This document shows, one piece after another, positions 19,605-29,334 of a DNA stretch of 64,000 nucleotides. Source of the DNA: Bacilli bacterium (GTDB lineage Bacteria > Bacillota_I > Bacilli_A > ML615J-28 > CAG-698); assembly GCA_918272565.1 (NCBI GenBank), contig CAKJYW010000012.1, forward strand, positions 12,162 through 76,161. The letters run 5' to 3'. The stretch's first letter is position 1, and every line of letters begins with the position of its first letter. The translations under genes and the position numbers were made by a program. The notes under the pieces are model-generated. The model ran no database searches and had not been told where the DNA came from. It saw only the letters and a list, made by a program, of their open reading frames with translations.

Positions 19605-20345
19605 ATGAAGATTGCTTTGGCAGCTTTAGGTTTCATTAATAAGGACATTAATTATAATAAAAATGTAATAATAGATACATTAAAGGATTTAAAAAATGAA
19701 GCTGATATAGTTTTATTTGGTGAGTCTTTTCTTCAGGGCTTTGATTCCTTGAAGTTTTGTTATGAAAAAGATAAAGATATTCCTGTAACCATTAATTCAG
19801 ATGTCATAATTGAAATTATTCAAGCAGCTAGAAAGAATCATATTGGTGTAAGCTTTGGTTTCTTTGAGAAAAAAGATGATAAAATATATGATTCTCAATT
19901 AACTGTGGATTCTAATGGAAATATAATAAATTTATATAGAAGAGTCTCCAAAGGTTGGAAAGAGCCATACGCAGAAGATGTATACTGTGAGGGCAGTTCC
20001 TTTTCTACTTTCTCATATATGGATAAAAGAATAGTTGTTGGGTTATGTGGCGACCTTTGGTATGAGGAAAACGTAAAAGAAATTAAAGACTTAAATGTAG
20101 ATATAGTTTTTTGGCCTGTTTATACTGATTTTAATTATGAAAAGTGGAATAATGAAATTAAATATGAATATTTAGATCAAGCATCAAAAATATCTTCTAA
20201 TGTACTATATGTCAATTCTTATTGTAAGGATAAAGAAGAAATTGATGAAATTGCTAAAGGCGGAGCTATCTATTTTTCTAAAGGTAAAATTGTTTGTGAA
20301 AAGTTAGCAGGAAAAGAAGATGTTTTGGTTGTTGAAATTGATTAA
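19605..20345 (+). CDS. carbon-nitrogen hydrolase family protein
   Basis: Catalytic E (FGESF), K, and C (VGLCGD) arrangement of the nitrilase superfamily; ATG 19605 with GAAAGGAG RBS. Confidence 0.7.
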   Translation: MKIALAALGFINKDINYNKNVIIDTLKDLKNEADIVLFGESFLQGFDSLKFCYEKDKDIPVTINSDVIIEIIQAARKNHIGVSFGFFEKKDDKIYDSQLTVDSNGNIINLYRRVSKGWKEPYAEDVYCEGSSFSTFSYMDKRIVVGLCGDLWYEENVKEIKDLNVDIVFWPVYTDFNYEKWNNEIKYEYLDQASKISSNVLYVNSYCKDKEEIDEIAKGGAIYFSKGKIVCEKLAGKEDVLVVEID

Positions 20346-20463
20346 TAATATATTAGTTGATTGTGGTACGTAATTCGTACCATTTTTTTATTACTTTTTT
20401 ATGATTTCTGTTGACAAAATATATACTTCGTGATATGATGTATAGCGTAAAGAGAGGTATTGT

Positions 20464-20769
20464 ATGGATGCTCAACTAAGAAGAGGCGTTTTAGATGTTT
20501 GTGTTCTTGCCACAATCAAATCTGAGGACTCGTATGGTTATAAAATCATCAAAGACTTAAGACCGATATTAGAACTATCTGAATCAACTCTATATACGAT
20601 ATTAAAAAGACTAGAAGAAGGTAAAATGCTCGTTGTTCGCTCTACTGAGTTTGAAGGTAGGCTTAGGAAATATTATCATATTACTGAGTTAGGTCTAAAG
20701 CGAATAGAGGATTTTAAGAACGAATGGAAGGAATTAATGGGAATTTACTCATTTATTGAGGAGGTTTAA
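20464..20769 (+). CDS. PadR family transcriptional regulator
   Basis: LDVCVLATIKSEDSYGYKI winged-helix signature; 101 aa. Confidence 0.8.
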   Translation: MDAQLRRGVLDVCVLATIKSEDSYGYKIIKDLRPILELSESTLYTILKRLEEGKMLVVRSTEFEGRLRKYYHITELGLKRIEDFKNEWKELMGIYSFIEEV

Positions 20770-20771
20770 TC

Positions 20772-21368
20772 ATGACAAAGGTTGAATTTTTAAATGAATT
20801 AAGAAATAAATTACAAGTTTTGCCTAAAGAAGATCTTGAAAGTAGAATCAGTTTCTATAGTGAAATGATTGATGATAGAATGGATGAAGGTAAGACGGAA
20901 GAAGAAGCAATTAATGAGATTGGAACTGTCGATGAAATAGTTTATGAAATTGCTAAAGATACACCTTTAGTAAAATTAGTTAAAGAAAAGGTTAAACCAA
21001 AGAGAGCTCTAAGAGTTTGGGAGATTATCTTACTTATTTTAGGTTTTCCTGTATGGTTTCCTCTATTTACTGTAGCAATCGTTTTAGCTATCGTTTTCTA
21101 TTTATTAATATGGGTATTTGTAATAGTAGCCTACGCAGTTGAAGCTGCACTTGTTACATGGTCAGTTGGTGGAGTAATAGTCTTTTTCTTATCGCTAATA
21201 AATGGTAACAGCGATTTAATAAGCTTAGGAACAGCTGTAATGGCATGTGGAGGAGCAATCCTACTTTATTTTGGATGCAAAGAATTAACTAAATTAACAA
21301 TAAAATTATCAAAGAAAATAATTGTTGGGATAAAGATGGCAATTATTGGAAAAGGAGAGAATAAATGA
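20772..21368 (+). CDS. DUF1700 domain membrane protein
   Basis: N-terminal FLNELRNKLQVLPKEDLESRISFYSEMIDD (DUF1700) followed by TM helices; conserved partner of PadR. Confidence 0.7.
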   Translation: MTKVEFLNELRNKLQVLPKEDLESRISFYSEMIDDRMDEGKTEEEAINEIGTVDEIVYEIAKDTPLVKLVKEKVKPKRALRVWEIILLILGFPVWFPLFTVAIVLAIVFYLLIWVFVIVAYAVEAALVTWSVGGVIVFFLSLINGNSDLISLGTAVMACGGAILLYFGCKELTKLTIKLSKKIIVGIKMAIIGKGENK

Positions 21369-22297
21369 AAAGAGTATTATTTGTAATTATAGGCCTTGCT
21401 ATTATAATAGCTGGTGGAATATTATTAGGAGTTGGAATAAAGAAGATGGCAAAAACTGAAGTAACAGAAAAAGTGTATGATATCACTGAAGAATTTAATA
21501 ATATTACAGTTGATGTTGATACAACTGACCTTTATTTTAAAAAATCAACTGATGGAAATACTAAGGTTGTTTGTACTGACCTTGATAAATTACACCATGA
21601 GGTAAGTGTTAGTGATGGAACTTTAGTAGTAAAAAGCGTAGATGAAAGACATTGGTATGAGATGATCTTTAATTATAGATCACTAAAGATTACAGTTTAT
21701 TTATCAAATGAAGCGTTTAGTAATTTGAACATTAAATCATCTACAGGAGATATTGAATTTAGTGATGAATTTACTTTTGATAGTGTTAAGATTAAACTTT
21801 CTACTGGAGATGTTGATGCTAAAATAAAGGTAAATAATGAATTTGAGGTTGAAGTTTCTACTGGTAATATTAAATTACATGAGGCAAGTGCTAAAAGCCT
21901 TAAACTAAAGTCTTCAACTGGAAGAATCAATCTAGAAAATGTAGATGTTACTAATGATGTGGATATTACATCATCTACAGGGAAGATTATTCTAACTAAC
22001 TTAAGAAGTGAAAACTTAAGAGCAAGTGCATCTACTGGACACGTTACTTTAAAAGACACTATCATTAATGGAAATATCATTATTAAGACTTCAACAGGTG
22101 ATGTTAAGTTTGATGGTAGTGATGGCATAGAAATCCATGTTTCAACAACAACCGGAGATGTTACAGGAACAATTCTTTCTAGTAAGATTTTCTTTGCAAA
22201 TAGTGATACTGGTAAAATTAATGTTCCACACTTAACTGAAGGTGGAATATGTGAAGTTGAAACTGATACAGGTGACATTATTCTTAATGTAAAATAA
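21365..22297 (+). CDS. DUF4097 family beta-strand repeat protein (putative adhesin / LiaF-like)
   Basis: N-terminal TM helix; repeated STG(D/N/K)I units; paralog of the 13143 product. Confidence 0.75.
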   Translation: MKRVLFVIIGLAIIIAGGILLGVGIKKMAKTEVTEKVYDITEEFNNITVDVDTTDLYFKKSTDGNTKVVCTDLDKLHHEVSVSDGTLVVKSVDERHWYEMIFNYRSLKITVYLSNEAFSNLNIKSSTGDIEFSDEFTFDSVKIKLSTGDVDAKIKVNNEFEVEVSTGNIKLHEASAKSLKLKSSTGRINLENVDVTNDVDITSSTGKIILTNLRSENLRASASTGHVTLKDTIINGNIIIKTSTGDVKFDGSDGIEIHVSTTTGDVTGTILSSKIFFANSDTGKINVPHLTEGGICEVETDTGDIILNVK

Positions 22298-22429
22298 GAA
22301 AAAATATCTGATACTATAATGAATTAAACTTTATTTTAAGGTTTAAGCATTAAGGTGTCAGATTTTTATTTTGCTTTTTAGTTAAAAAAGTGATAAAATA
22401 ATATAGATTTTAAAAAAAGAGTGAACGAA

Positions 22430-23557
22430 ATGGAATTTTTGAATTATTTATTTAACAATATCCCACTATTTTCAATATCGTTTGTGGTGATATTTCTTGC
22501 TATTAGGAACCTACCTATTAGAAAAAGAGAAAGTATTTATTTTATCGTTTTTACTGCTTTAGTAATATATTTAAGTATAGCAATTTATTTAGAAAGATAT
22601 GAAGCGAGTTTAGGGAAAGCTCAACTAGCCACCCTTTTCACAACAAGTGGCTACATCGTTCGTCCTATTCTGCTTTATATTTTCTGCTTGCTTACTAACA
22701 TGGAAAAGAAGAGAAGCAAATATTTCTATATTTTCTGGGCATTGCCTTTAGTTATCAATTTGTTTATTTATTTACTTCCTTTAATGTTTGCATCTAGTGC
22801 TTTATCAAAAGTAGTATTCTATTATGAACTTCAAGCTGATGGAACTGCTCTATTCACTAGAGGTGGCGCACTTAATTTTACTGCACACGTAATAAGCGCT
22901 GCTTATCTATCATTACTAGTTTATGTTTCTACACTTAGATTACACGGAAAACACAGAAGAGATGCTTTCGTTATCTCTCTATGCATTTTCTTTATTGTAG
23001 CTACAGTAGTTGTTGAAGTGATTACTGGTAGAAATGATTTATTAAACATCATTTGTGAAATCTGTGCCTTAGCTAATTACATCTTTATTAATTCTATTAA
23101 CTCAAGTAAAGATATCTTAACAGGTTTATATGATAGAAGAACATTCTATGAAGATGTTAGAAGATACAAAAAGCAAATCAATGGTATTATTCAAATAGAT
23201 ATGAATGGTCTTAAATACTTAAACGACAACTATGGCCATGAAGAAGGAGATAAAGCCTTAAATAGTGTTGCTTATATATTTAGAAGTAGTATTCATAAAG
23301 AGACAATGTTTGCGTATCGTTTAAGTGGCGATGAGTTTGTCATTCTAATGATTCAAGGGGAAAAAGAACATTTTGATAGTTCAATTGAATTAATAAAGAA
23401 GAAAATAAAAGAATCCGATTATTCAATCGCTCTCGGTGACTATTTCATCGAAAAAAATAGTGATATCAGTTTTGAAGAAGCTATGAGAAAATCAGAGCAT
23501 TTGATGTACTTAGATAAACAAAAGTTCTATTTGAGTAAATTAGATCCTCATAGATAA
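22430..23557 (+). CDS. membrane-anchored GGDEF-domain diguanylate cyclase (SGDEF variant)
   Basis: Seven TM segments then a GGDEF domain with A-site RLSGDEF and no RxxD I-site. Confidence 0.75.
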   Translation: MEFLNYLFNNIPLFSISFVVIFLAIRNLPIRKRESIYFIVFTALVIYLSIAIYLERYEASLGKAQLATLFTTSGYIVRPILLYIFCLLTNMEKKRSKYFYIFWALPLVINLFIYLLPLMFASSALSKVVFYYELQADGTALFTRGGALNFTAHVISAAYLSLLVYVSTLRLHGKHRRDAFVISLCIFFIVATVVVEVITGRNDLLNIICEICALANYIFINSINSSKDILTGLYDRRTFYEDVRRYKKQINGIIQIDMNGLKYLNDNYGHEEGDKALNSVAYIFRSSIHKETMFAYRLSGDEFVILMIQGEKEHFDSSIELIKKKIKESDYSIALGDYFIEKNSDISFEEAMRKSEHLMYLDKQKFYLSKLDPHR

Positions 23558-23652
23558 AGACATTTTGTTTTGCAAAATGTCTTTTTTTTATAGTCTTAAT
23601 GTGTTGCCTAATATCTTTTATAATAGTATAATTAAACAAGAGGTGGCGTTTT

Positions 23653-24207
23653 ATGGTATTATTTATCAATGCTTGTGTTAGAAAAGAATCTAGAACTTTA
23701 TCTTTAGCTAAAGCTTTACTTAAAAAGATGAATGAAGAATATCTTGAAGTAAAGTTAGAAGATGAGGACTTTTTAAAGACAAGCGAAGAGTTCTTAGAAA
23801 AAAGAGATAAACTAATAGCTAATAAAGATTTTAATGATCCACTTTTTAAAAACGCTAGGCTCTTTGCTAGTGCTAGTAAGATTGTAATTGCGGCTCCTTA
23901 TTGGGATTTATCTTTTCCTGCTAGCCTAAAGCAATATATCGAACAAATTAATGTTTTAGGTATAACATTTGCTTATACGAGTGATGGGAAGCCAGTTGGT
24001 TTATGTAAGGCAAAGAAACTATATTACGTTTCAACAGCTGGTGGTCCAATTGCCCCAACTGAATATGGATATGGATATATTAAAGCTCTAGCTAATAATT
24101 TTTACGGAATCAAAGATACTAGCCTAATAATGGCTAAGGGTTTAGATGTTTATGGAAATGACCCTGATAAAATTATTAAAGACGCGATAGAGAAAATCGA
24201 ATTATAA
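23653..24207 (+). CDS. flavodoxin-like fold NAD(P)H-dependent oxidoreductase
   Basis: MVLFINAC..., IVIAAPYWDLSFPASLKQYIE pattern of FMN-dependent NAD(P)H:quinone oxidoreductase/azoreductase-like proteins. Confidence 0.65.
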   Translation: MVLFINACVRKESRTLSLAKALLKKMNEEYLEVKLEDEDFLKTSEEFLEKRDKLIANKDFNDPLFKNARLFASASKIVIAAPYWDLSFPASLKQYIEQINVLGITFAYTSDGKPVGLCKAKKLYYVSTAGGPIAPTEYGYGYIKALANNFYGIKDTSLIMAKGLDVYGNDPDKIIKDAIEKIEL

Positions 24208-24292
24208 AAAGGGAAAAAGAACTTATAATAGTTCTTTTTTTATTTTTATGGACTTAAATAATAATATTTGATAAAATTAGAATGAGAAAGAG

Positions 24293-25474
24293 TTGTTTGG
24301 AGATGATATTATCAATTTCAGTGTATTAGACATTTATTTCGTTTTTAATATTTTTATATTTATATTAGGACTTTTTATCTTTTTTAAGACAACACCTGAT
24401 TTACTTAAGAAGACAGATTACATCATTTTTAAAGTTTTCATTATCGCCTTCTGTTTCTATGTTATTATTACTTCAGTTTGGTCGATGCAAGAATATGACG
24501 TAATTAAACTCCCTCGCATACCTTTTTTAATTGTATGCCTACTTTCTTATTCAAGTGTTTTATTTAATGGATATTGTTTCTACGCATTCACTGTTAATTA
24601 TTTTGATTTTAATAAGAAAAAACTTCGTTATGTTGATGCTATAGGTACCGTTCCATTTTTGGTAGGGGTTGTTCTATTGATTGTATCAATATTTAATGGA
24701 ATGATTTTCTCACTATCTGATAGTAATCACACTGTTATGGGACCTTTATACATCCTACTACCACTTAGTGCTTTCATTTATTTTATCATTATAATTATTG
24801 TTTCGATTATTAATGCGATAAAAGCAAAATCATCTGTTACAAGAAGATATGCACTAACTCTAATTGCATCAATCATTTTCTTGATTATTTGGGTTTTGCT
24901 TGATGATAACTTTGATAGGATAACAATCATTCCAATCGCTATTTTCTCAGTTATCTTCTTCATGTTTGTTTCTTTGCAACAAAACTCTATCTATACAGAT
25001 GCTCTAACTCAAATGAACAATAGACGTAGAGCAATGGAGTTTTTCACTAGTCAAAAAGATAGCATTAGCCAAAACAATTCTTTGTATGTTTTCTTGTTTG
25101 ATATTAACTATTTCAAAGAAATCAACGATACATATGGGCATGTTGAAGGGGATGAAGCCTTAATCATTCTAGCAAGTGCTATTAAGAAATCATTTGTTAG
25201 TCACAATGGTTTCTCATCAAGGTATGGCGGTGATGAATTCATGTGTGCTTGGCGTAAGCAAAATGATAGTTCTACTGATCCTAATGAGATAGTTTACGAA
25301 ATAAGAGAAGCATCAAGAAAAAGATGTAAAGAATTAGAAAAACCATACGATTTATCAATCTCTGTAGGGATTGTTGAATTTAGTGATTTTAATATGACAT
25401 TCGACGAATGTGTAAAAAAAGTTGATGAGGCTTTATACGAAGATAAGAAGAGATACCATAAGGAGTATAGGTAA
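24293..25474 (+). CDS. membrane-anchored GGDEF-domain diguanylate cyclase
   Basis: Multi-TM N-terminus; GGDEF motif RYGGDEF. The TTG start at 24293 is uncertain. Confidence 0.75.
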   Translation: MFGDDIINFSVLDIYFVFNIFIFILGLFIFFKTTPDLLKKTDYIIFKVFIIAFCFYVIITSVWSMQEYDVIKLPRIPFLIVCLLSYSSVLFNGYCFYAFTVNYFDFNKKKLRYVDAIGTVPFLVGVVLLIVSIFNGMIFSLSDSNHTVMGPLYILLPLSAFIYFIIIIIVSIINAIKAKSSVTRRYALTLIASIIFLIIWVLLDDNFDRITIIPIAIFSVIFFMFVSLQQNSIYTDALTQMNNRRRAMEFFTSQKDSISQNNSLYVFLFDINYFKEINDTYGHVEGDEALIILASAIKKSFVSHNGFSSRYGGDEFMCAWRKQNDSSTDPNEIVYEIREASRKRCKELEKPYDLSISVGIVEFSDFNMTFDECVKKVDEALYEDKKRYHKEYR

Positions 25475-25475
25475 T

Positions 25476-25943
25476 ATGATTATTAACCCTTTTGAAAAAT
25501 TTGATAAAGAGTGGGCACTAGTTACTGCTGGTAATATTAATGATTTTAATACTATGACTATCTCTTGGGGTTCAATGGGAACTGTTTGGAGCAAGAGCAT
25601 GATCACTGTTTATGTTAGACCAGACCGCTACACATTTAATTATCTTAAGAATAATGATTATTTCACAGTATCGTTCTTTGATGATAAATATCATAAAGAT
25701 TTAGCCACTTTAGGAACTTTGTCTGGAAGAAACACTAAAAAAGTAGAGCTCACAAAGATTACTCCAAAAAAAATTGATTCTACAGTGGGATTTAGCGAAG
25801 CATCATTAACATTTGTTTGTAAGAAGGTATATTTCTCTCAAATGAAGTACGAAGATGTACCAGACTATGCTAAAACTATTTATCAAAATGGTATTGAACC
25901 TCATTACATTATTATGGGAGAAGTTGTTAATACAATACAATAA
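25476..25943 (+). CDS. flavin reductase-like domain protein
   Basis: About 155 aa split-barrel flavin reductase pattern (LVTAGNINDFNTMTISWGS); ATG 25476 with AAGGAG RBS. Confidence 0.65.
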   Translation: MIINPFEKFDKEWALVTAGNINDFNTMTISWGSMGTVWSKSMITVYVRPDRYTFNYLKNNDYFTVSFFDDKYHKDLATLGTLSGRNTKKVELTKITPKKIDSTVGFSEASLTFVCKKVYFSQMKYEDVPDYAKTIYQNGIEPHYIIMGEVVNTIQ

Positions 25944-26053
25944 AAATATGTAACACTCATTTCTAATTTGGTAATGAGTGTTATTTGATTTTAGGGGCTT
26001 GTTTTGTTATAATTCAAATGTAATATATATTATATATAGAAAGAAGGCTATTT

Positions 26054-26563
26054 ATGAGTAAAAAGCAAAAATTGATTGTGGCACTAGCTACAATATTATT
26101 AGGTGTATTATTTATTATTCTTAAAAAAGATGTTATTGGAATTGCTATGACTATTATTGGAGCAATACTAGTTATTGAAGGTGTTATTGCAATAATCAAG
26201 AAGGCGATATTTTACGGAATAATCTTTATAATAATAGGAGCTTTAATAATCACATTTGGTTGGATTTATGCTAAGATTGTGATTTATATTGCGGCTGCGT
26301 TATTACTAATATATGGTGTATATGAATTACTTATGCTACTTAAGCTTAAAGCTAAACCAATTTGGCTTGCTAATCCAGTAATAAAGATTGTTGCGGCAGT
26401 GTTCTTACTATTCAACCAAGAAGGAACATTAGATTGGATCTTCATTGTTTGTGGTGTATTATTATGTATTGAAGGTGCGTTTAGTGCAATATATGCTTTA
26501 GTTGATAAAAAAGAAGAGAAAAAGCCAGAAGAAGAGAACAAAGAAGAAGTTATTGATTTGTAA
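26054..26563 (+). CDS. small multi-TM membrane protein (DUF308/HdeD-like) with acidic C-terminus
   Basis: Five hydrophobic helices, EEKKPEEENKEE tail. Confidence 0.45.
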   Translation: MSKKQKLIVALATILLGVLFIILKKDVIGIAMTIIGAILVIEGVIAIIKKAIFYGIIFIIIGALIITFGWIYAKIVIYIAAALLLIYGVYELLMLLKLKAKPIWLANPVIKIVAAVFLLFNQEGTLDWIFIVCGVLLCIEGAFSAIYALVDKKEEKKPEEENKEEVIDL

Positions 26564-26565
26564 TT

Positions 26566-27390
26566 ATGATTAAGATTATTGTTTTAATACTATCATTAGG
26601 TTTAAGCCTACTTACTACATTAACTAATAATAACTTAAATACTGTTCAAATTGTGTTTTTAACAATTGGGTTATTTTTGGCTTATATAGTAGGATTTATT
26701 GTTTTGTTCTTTTTCTTTGCGTTTATGTTTTCGTTTTATGTCAACGAAAAGAAGAAGCCAACAAAGTATTGTCGTGCTCAACGAAGCATCTACAATGTCT
26801 TTGTTAGAATTTGCTTATCACTATTTGGTGTTAAGCTAACAAAAAAGGGATTAGACAAAGTTCCAAAAGGAGCTGTTGTTATTATGAGCAATCATGTATC
26901 AAATGTCGATCCTTTAGTTATGAATATTGTTCATAGAGATAAAGATTTAATCTTTGCTTCTAAGAAATCATTATTTAAAGTTCCTTGCTTTGGTAAAATG
27001 ATTCATAAGATTGGATATTTAAAGTTTGACCGTATTGATTCTATGAAAGATATGGGAGAAATGAAGCGTGGAGTCAAATGGGTTAAAGATGGAATATCTT
27101 TATGTTTGTATCCTGAGGGAACAAGAAACAAATCAGATGATTATCTTCTTGAATTTAAGGCTCCAGCAATGAAATTTGCGACTCTAACTAATTCTCCATT
27201 AGTTGTTTCTGCAATCTATGGAACAAAAGAAGTAAACGATAAACTATTACTAAAGCGCCATAAAGTAGATTATGAAGTGCTTGATGTCATTTATCCAGAA
27301 GATTATAAAAACATGGATAACGATGAATTAACAAAAGTTGTTTATGAAAAAATCGAAAAATGGATAAAAGAAAAAAGTGAAAACGTTTAA
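26566..27390 (+). CDS. plsC: 1-acyl-sn-glycerol-3-phosphate acyltransferase
   Basis: N-terminal TM helices; HxxxxD motif NHVSNVD and YPEGTR motif. Confidence 0.8.
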   Translation: MIKIIVLILSLGLSLLTTLTNNNLNTVQIVFLTIGLFLAYIVGFIVLFFFFAFMFSFYVNEKKKPTKYCRAQRSIYNVFVRICLSLFGVKLTKKGLDKVPKGAVVIMSNHVSNVDPLVMNIVHRDKDLIFASKKSLFKVPCFGKMIHKIGYLKFDRIDSMKDMGEMKRGVKWVKDGISLCLYPEGTRNKSDDYLLEFKAPAMKFATLTNSPLVVSAIYGTKEVNDKLLLKRHKVDYEVLDVIYPEDYKNMDNDELTKVVYEKIEKWIKEKSENV

Positions 27391-27436
27391 TTTTAAAAAG
27401 CCCTTTATTTATTTAAAAAAATAAGTTATAATATTA

Positions 27437-27508
27437 AAAATCGTATAAGTTCGATGATTGGTTCGAAAGTCTCTACCTTGCTACCGTAAATAGCAAGACT
27501 ACGATTAT
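27437..27508 (+). promoter_or_regulatory. purine riboswitch aptamer, guanine class (C74)
   Basis: P1 AATCGTA/TACGATT, J1-2 TAA, P2 TTCGA/TCGAA with loop TGATTGG, J2-3 AGTCTCTACC, P3 TTGCT/AGCAA with loop ACCGTAAAT, J3-1 GAC then TACG. The C before the P1 3' strand indicates guanine/xanthine specificity. Confidence 0.85.
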
Positions 27509-27515
27509 GATTAGT

Positions 27516-27542
27516 AAGACCAACCTTGTTGGTCTTTTTTTT
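27516..27542 (+). terminator. riboswitch expression-platform terminator
   Basis: AAGACCAAC-CTT-GTTGGTCTT hairpin followed by T8. Confidence 0.8.
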
Positions 27543-27551
27543 GGAGGAAAA

Positions 27552-27719
27552 ATGAAAGGTTTTGCTTTGAAACAAGTGAATAACAAAACCAATGTCTTGG
27601 CAATAACTGTCTTTAGTATTATAGCCATCTTTTCTCCTTTTTTTACTAATACATTTGTCTTTGCTTTTATTAGCGTTATAGCTATTGCTATTTTTGCTAT
27701 TAAAGGCAATCTATCATAA
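27552..27719 (+). CDS. hypothetical small two-TM membrane protein (55 aa)
   Basis: ATG 5 nt after a GGAGGA RBS that immediately follows the attenuator T-run. Product MKGFALKQVNNKTNVLAITVFSIIAIFSPFFTNTFVFAFISVIAIAIFAIKGNLS has two hydrophobic helices. Confidence 0.35.
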   Translation: MKGFALKQVNNKTNVLAITVFSIIAIFSPFFTNTFVFAFISVIAIAIFAIKGNLS

Positions 27720-27804
27720 TTTAGATTGCAAACATCAAGATTTACTCTTGGTGTTTTTATTAAAATTAGATAAATTAATCATAAATAATAGAGGAGGTAA
27801 ATTT

Positions 27805-29196
27805 ATGAATTTAGTTTACAATGTTAAAGACAAACCGTCTTTTGGGAAGATTTTAGTCTTCGCTTTGCAACAATTACTTGCAATTTTAGCTGCTACAATT
27901 GTTGTTCCTGTAATCATTAATGGAAATACTGGTGCAGTTGGTTACACTCAATCAGCTTTAAGCCCTGCTGCTGCATTGTTTGGTGCTGGTGCTGGTACAT
28001 TAGTTTATTTGTTATTCACAAGATTCAAATCACCTGTATTCTTAGGAAGTAGCTTTGCATTCCTTGGATCAATGACATCTGCATTTGCTGGTGCCGTTTC
28101 AATGCAACTTGGTTACTTTGGATTAATCGTTGGTTGTATTTTTGCTGGTTTAGTATATGTTGCTATCGCATTAGTAGTTAAACTAGTTGGAACTAATTGG
28201 ATTGACAAAGTAATGCCTGCTGTTGTTATTGGACCAACAGTTGCTATCATTGGATTAAGCTTAGCTGGAAATGCTATTGGTGATCTTAAGGGATCTGGTT
28301 GGCTTGGAATCCTTTGTGGAATTGTAACTTTATTTGTAACAATTATCTGCTCTGTTTTTGGTAAAAAGATTGTTAGAATGATTCCATTCATCATTGGTAT
28401 TGGTGCAGGATATTTACTAGCTACAATCTTTACAGTAACTGGTGCTGCTGAACTTGTTCCATTTGACAAATTCAATAATATTGAATGGGTTCCTCAAATG
28501 ACATTCCTTCAAGCAATTAAATTCAACCAATTCACTTATGGTGAATTTGGAAATATGGGTGCATACCTTGCATCAATCGCTATTGCATATATTCCAGTTG
28601 CCTTCGTTGTATTTGCTGAACATTTAGCTGACCATAAGAACTTAAGTTCAATCATTGGTTCAGATTTAACTAAAGACCCTGGCCTAAGCAACACATTACT
28701 TGGTGATGGTGTTGGTTCTATGGTTGGTGCATTCTTCGGTGGTGCTGCTAATACTACTTATGGTGAATCAATTGCTACAGTAGCTATTTCAAGAAATGCT
28801 TCAACAATCACAATTCTAGTAACTGCACTTCTAGCAATCGTTGCTTCATTCATTGGACCATTTGCTACATTACTAGCTACAATCCCATCATGTGTAATGG
28901 GTGGTGTATGTATCGCATTATACGGATTCATTGCAGTATCTGGATTAAAGATGATCCAAAAAGTTGACTTAGGTGACAACCGTAACTTATTCGTTGTTTC
29001 AACAATCCTAATTGCTGGTGTTGGTGGATTCGTTCTTAACATCGGTAAAGTTACTTTAACTGCAGTTGCTGTTGCATTAATCTTAGGTATCATCGTAAAT
29101 GTTATCTGCTCAATCGGTAAAGAAAAGAAAGAAGCTGAACAAGTTGAAAATGAAACTCCTGAAGCAAAAGAAGCTGAAGAGCCTAAAGAAGAATAA
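27805..29196 (+). CDS. NCS2-family nucleobase:cation symporter (xanthine/uracil/guanine permease)
   Basis: 463 aa, 12-14 TM, with the NCS2 hallmark motifs; AGAGGAGG RBS before ATG 27805. The upstream part of the ORF-track ORF is non-coding. Confidence 0.85.
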   Translation: MNLVYNVKDKPSFGKILVFALQQLLAILAATIVVPVIINGNTGAVGYTQSALSPAAALFGAGAGTLVYLLFTRFKSPVFLGSSFAFLGSMTSAFAGAVSMQLGYFGLIVGCIFAGLVYVAIALVVKLVGTNWIDKVMPAVVIGPTVAIIGLSLAGNAIGDLKGSGWLGILCGIVTLFVTIICSVFGKKIVRMIPFIIGIGAGYLLATIFTVTGAAELVPFDKFNNIEWVPQMTFLQAIKFNQFTYGEFGNMGAYLASIAIAYIPVAFVVFAEHLADHKNLSSIIGSDLTKDPGLSNTLLGDGVGSMVGAFFGGAANTTYGESIATVAISRNASTITILVTALLAIVASFIGPFATLLATIPSCVMGGVCIALYGFIAVSGLKMIQKVDLGDNRNLFVVSTILIAGVGGFVLNIGKVTLTAVAVALILGIIVNVICSIGKEKKEAEQVENETPEAKEAEEPKEE

Positions 29197-29334
29197 TTTA
29201 TAATAATACTATTATATATAGAAAGAGTGATGATATAATTGAATCATCACTTTTTTATTTTTTTTAATAATCTTTAATTAAATTTAAGGTAAGCAAATTA
29301 TAATTAAAGTGTAAATAAGGAGGAAAAGAAAATT

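Noticed and set aside
24281-24292. ATG at 24281 as start of DGC2
   Set aside because: Out of frame with the GGDEF ORF (it terminates after a few codons). The in-frame TTG at 24293 is kept, but with uncertainty.
27685-27804. N-terminal extension of the permease ORF in the six-frame track (MLFLLLKAIYHNLDCKHQ...)
   Set aside because: No RBS. It overlaps the end of the small TM ORF. The NCS2 homology begins only at MNLVYNVKDKP (ATG 27805), which has a strong AGAGGAGG RBS.
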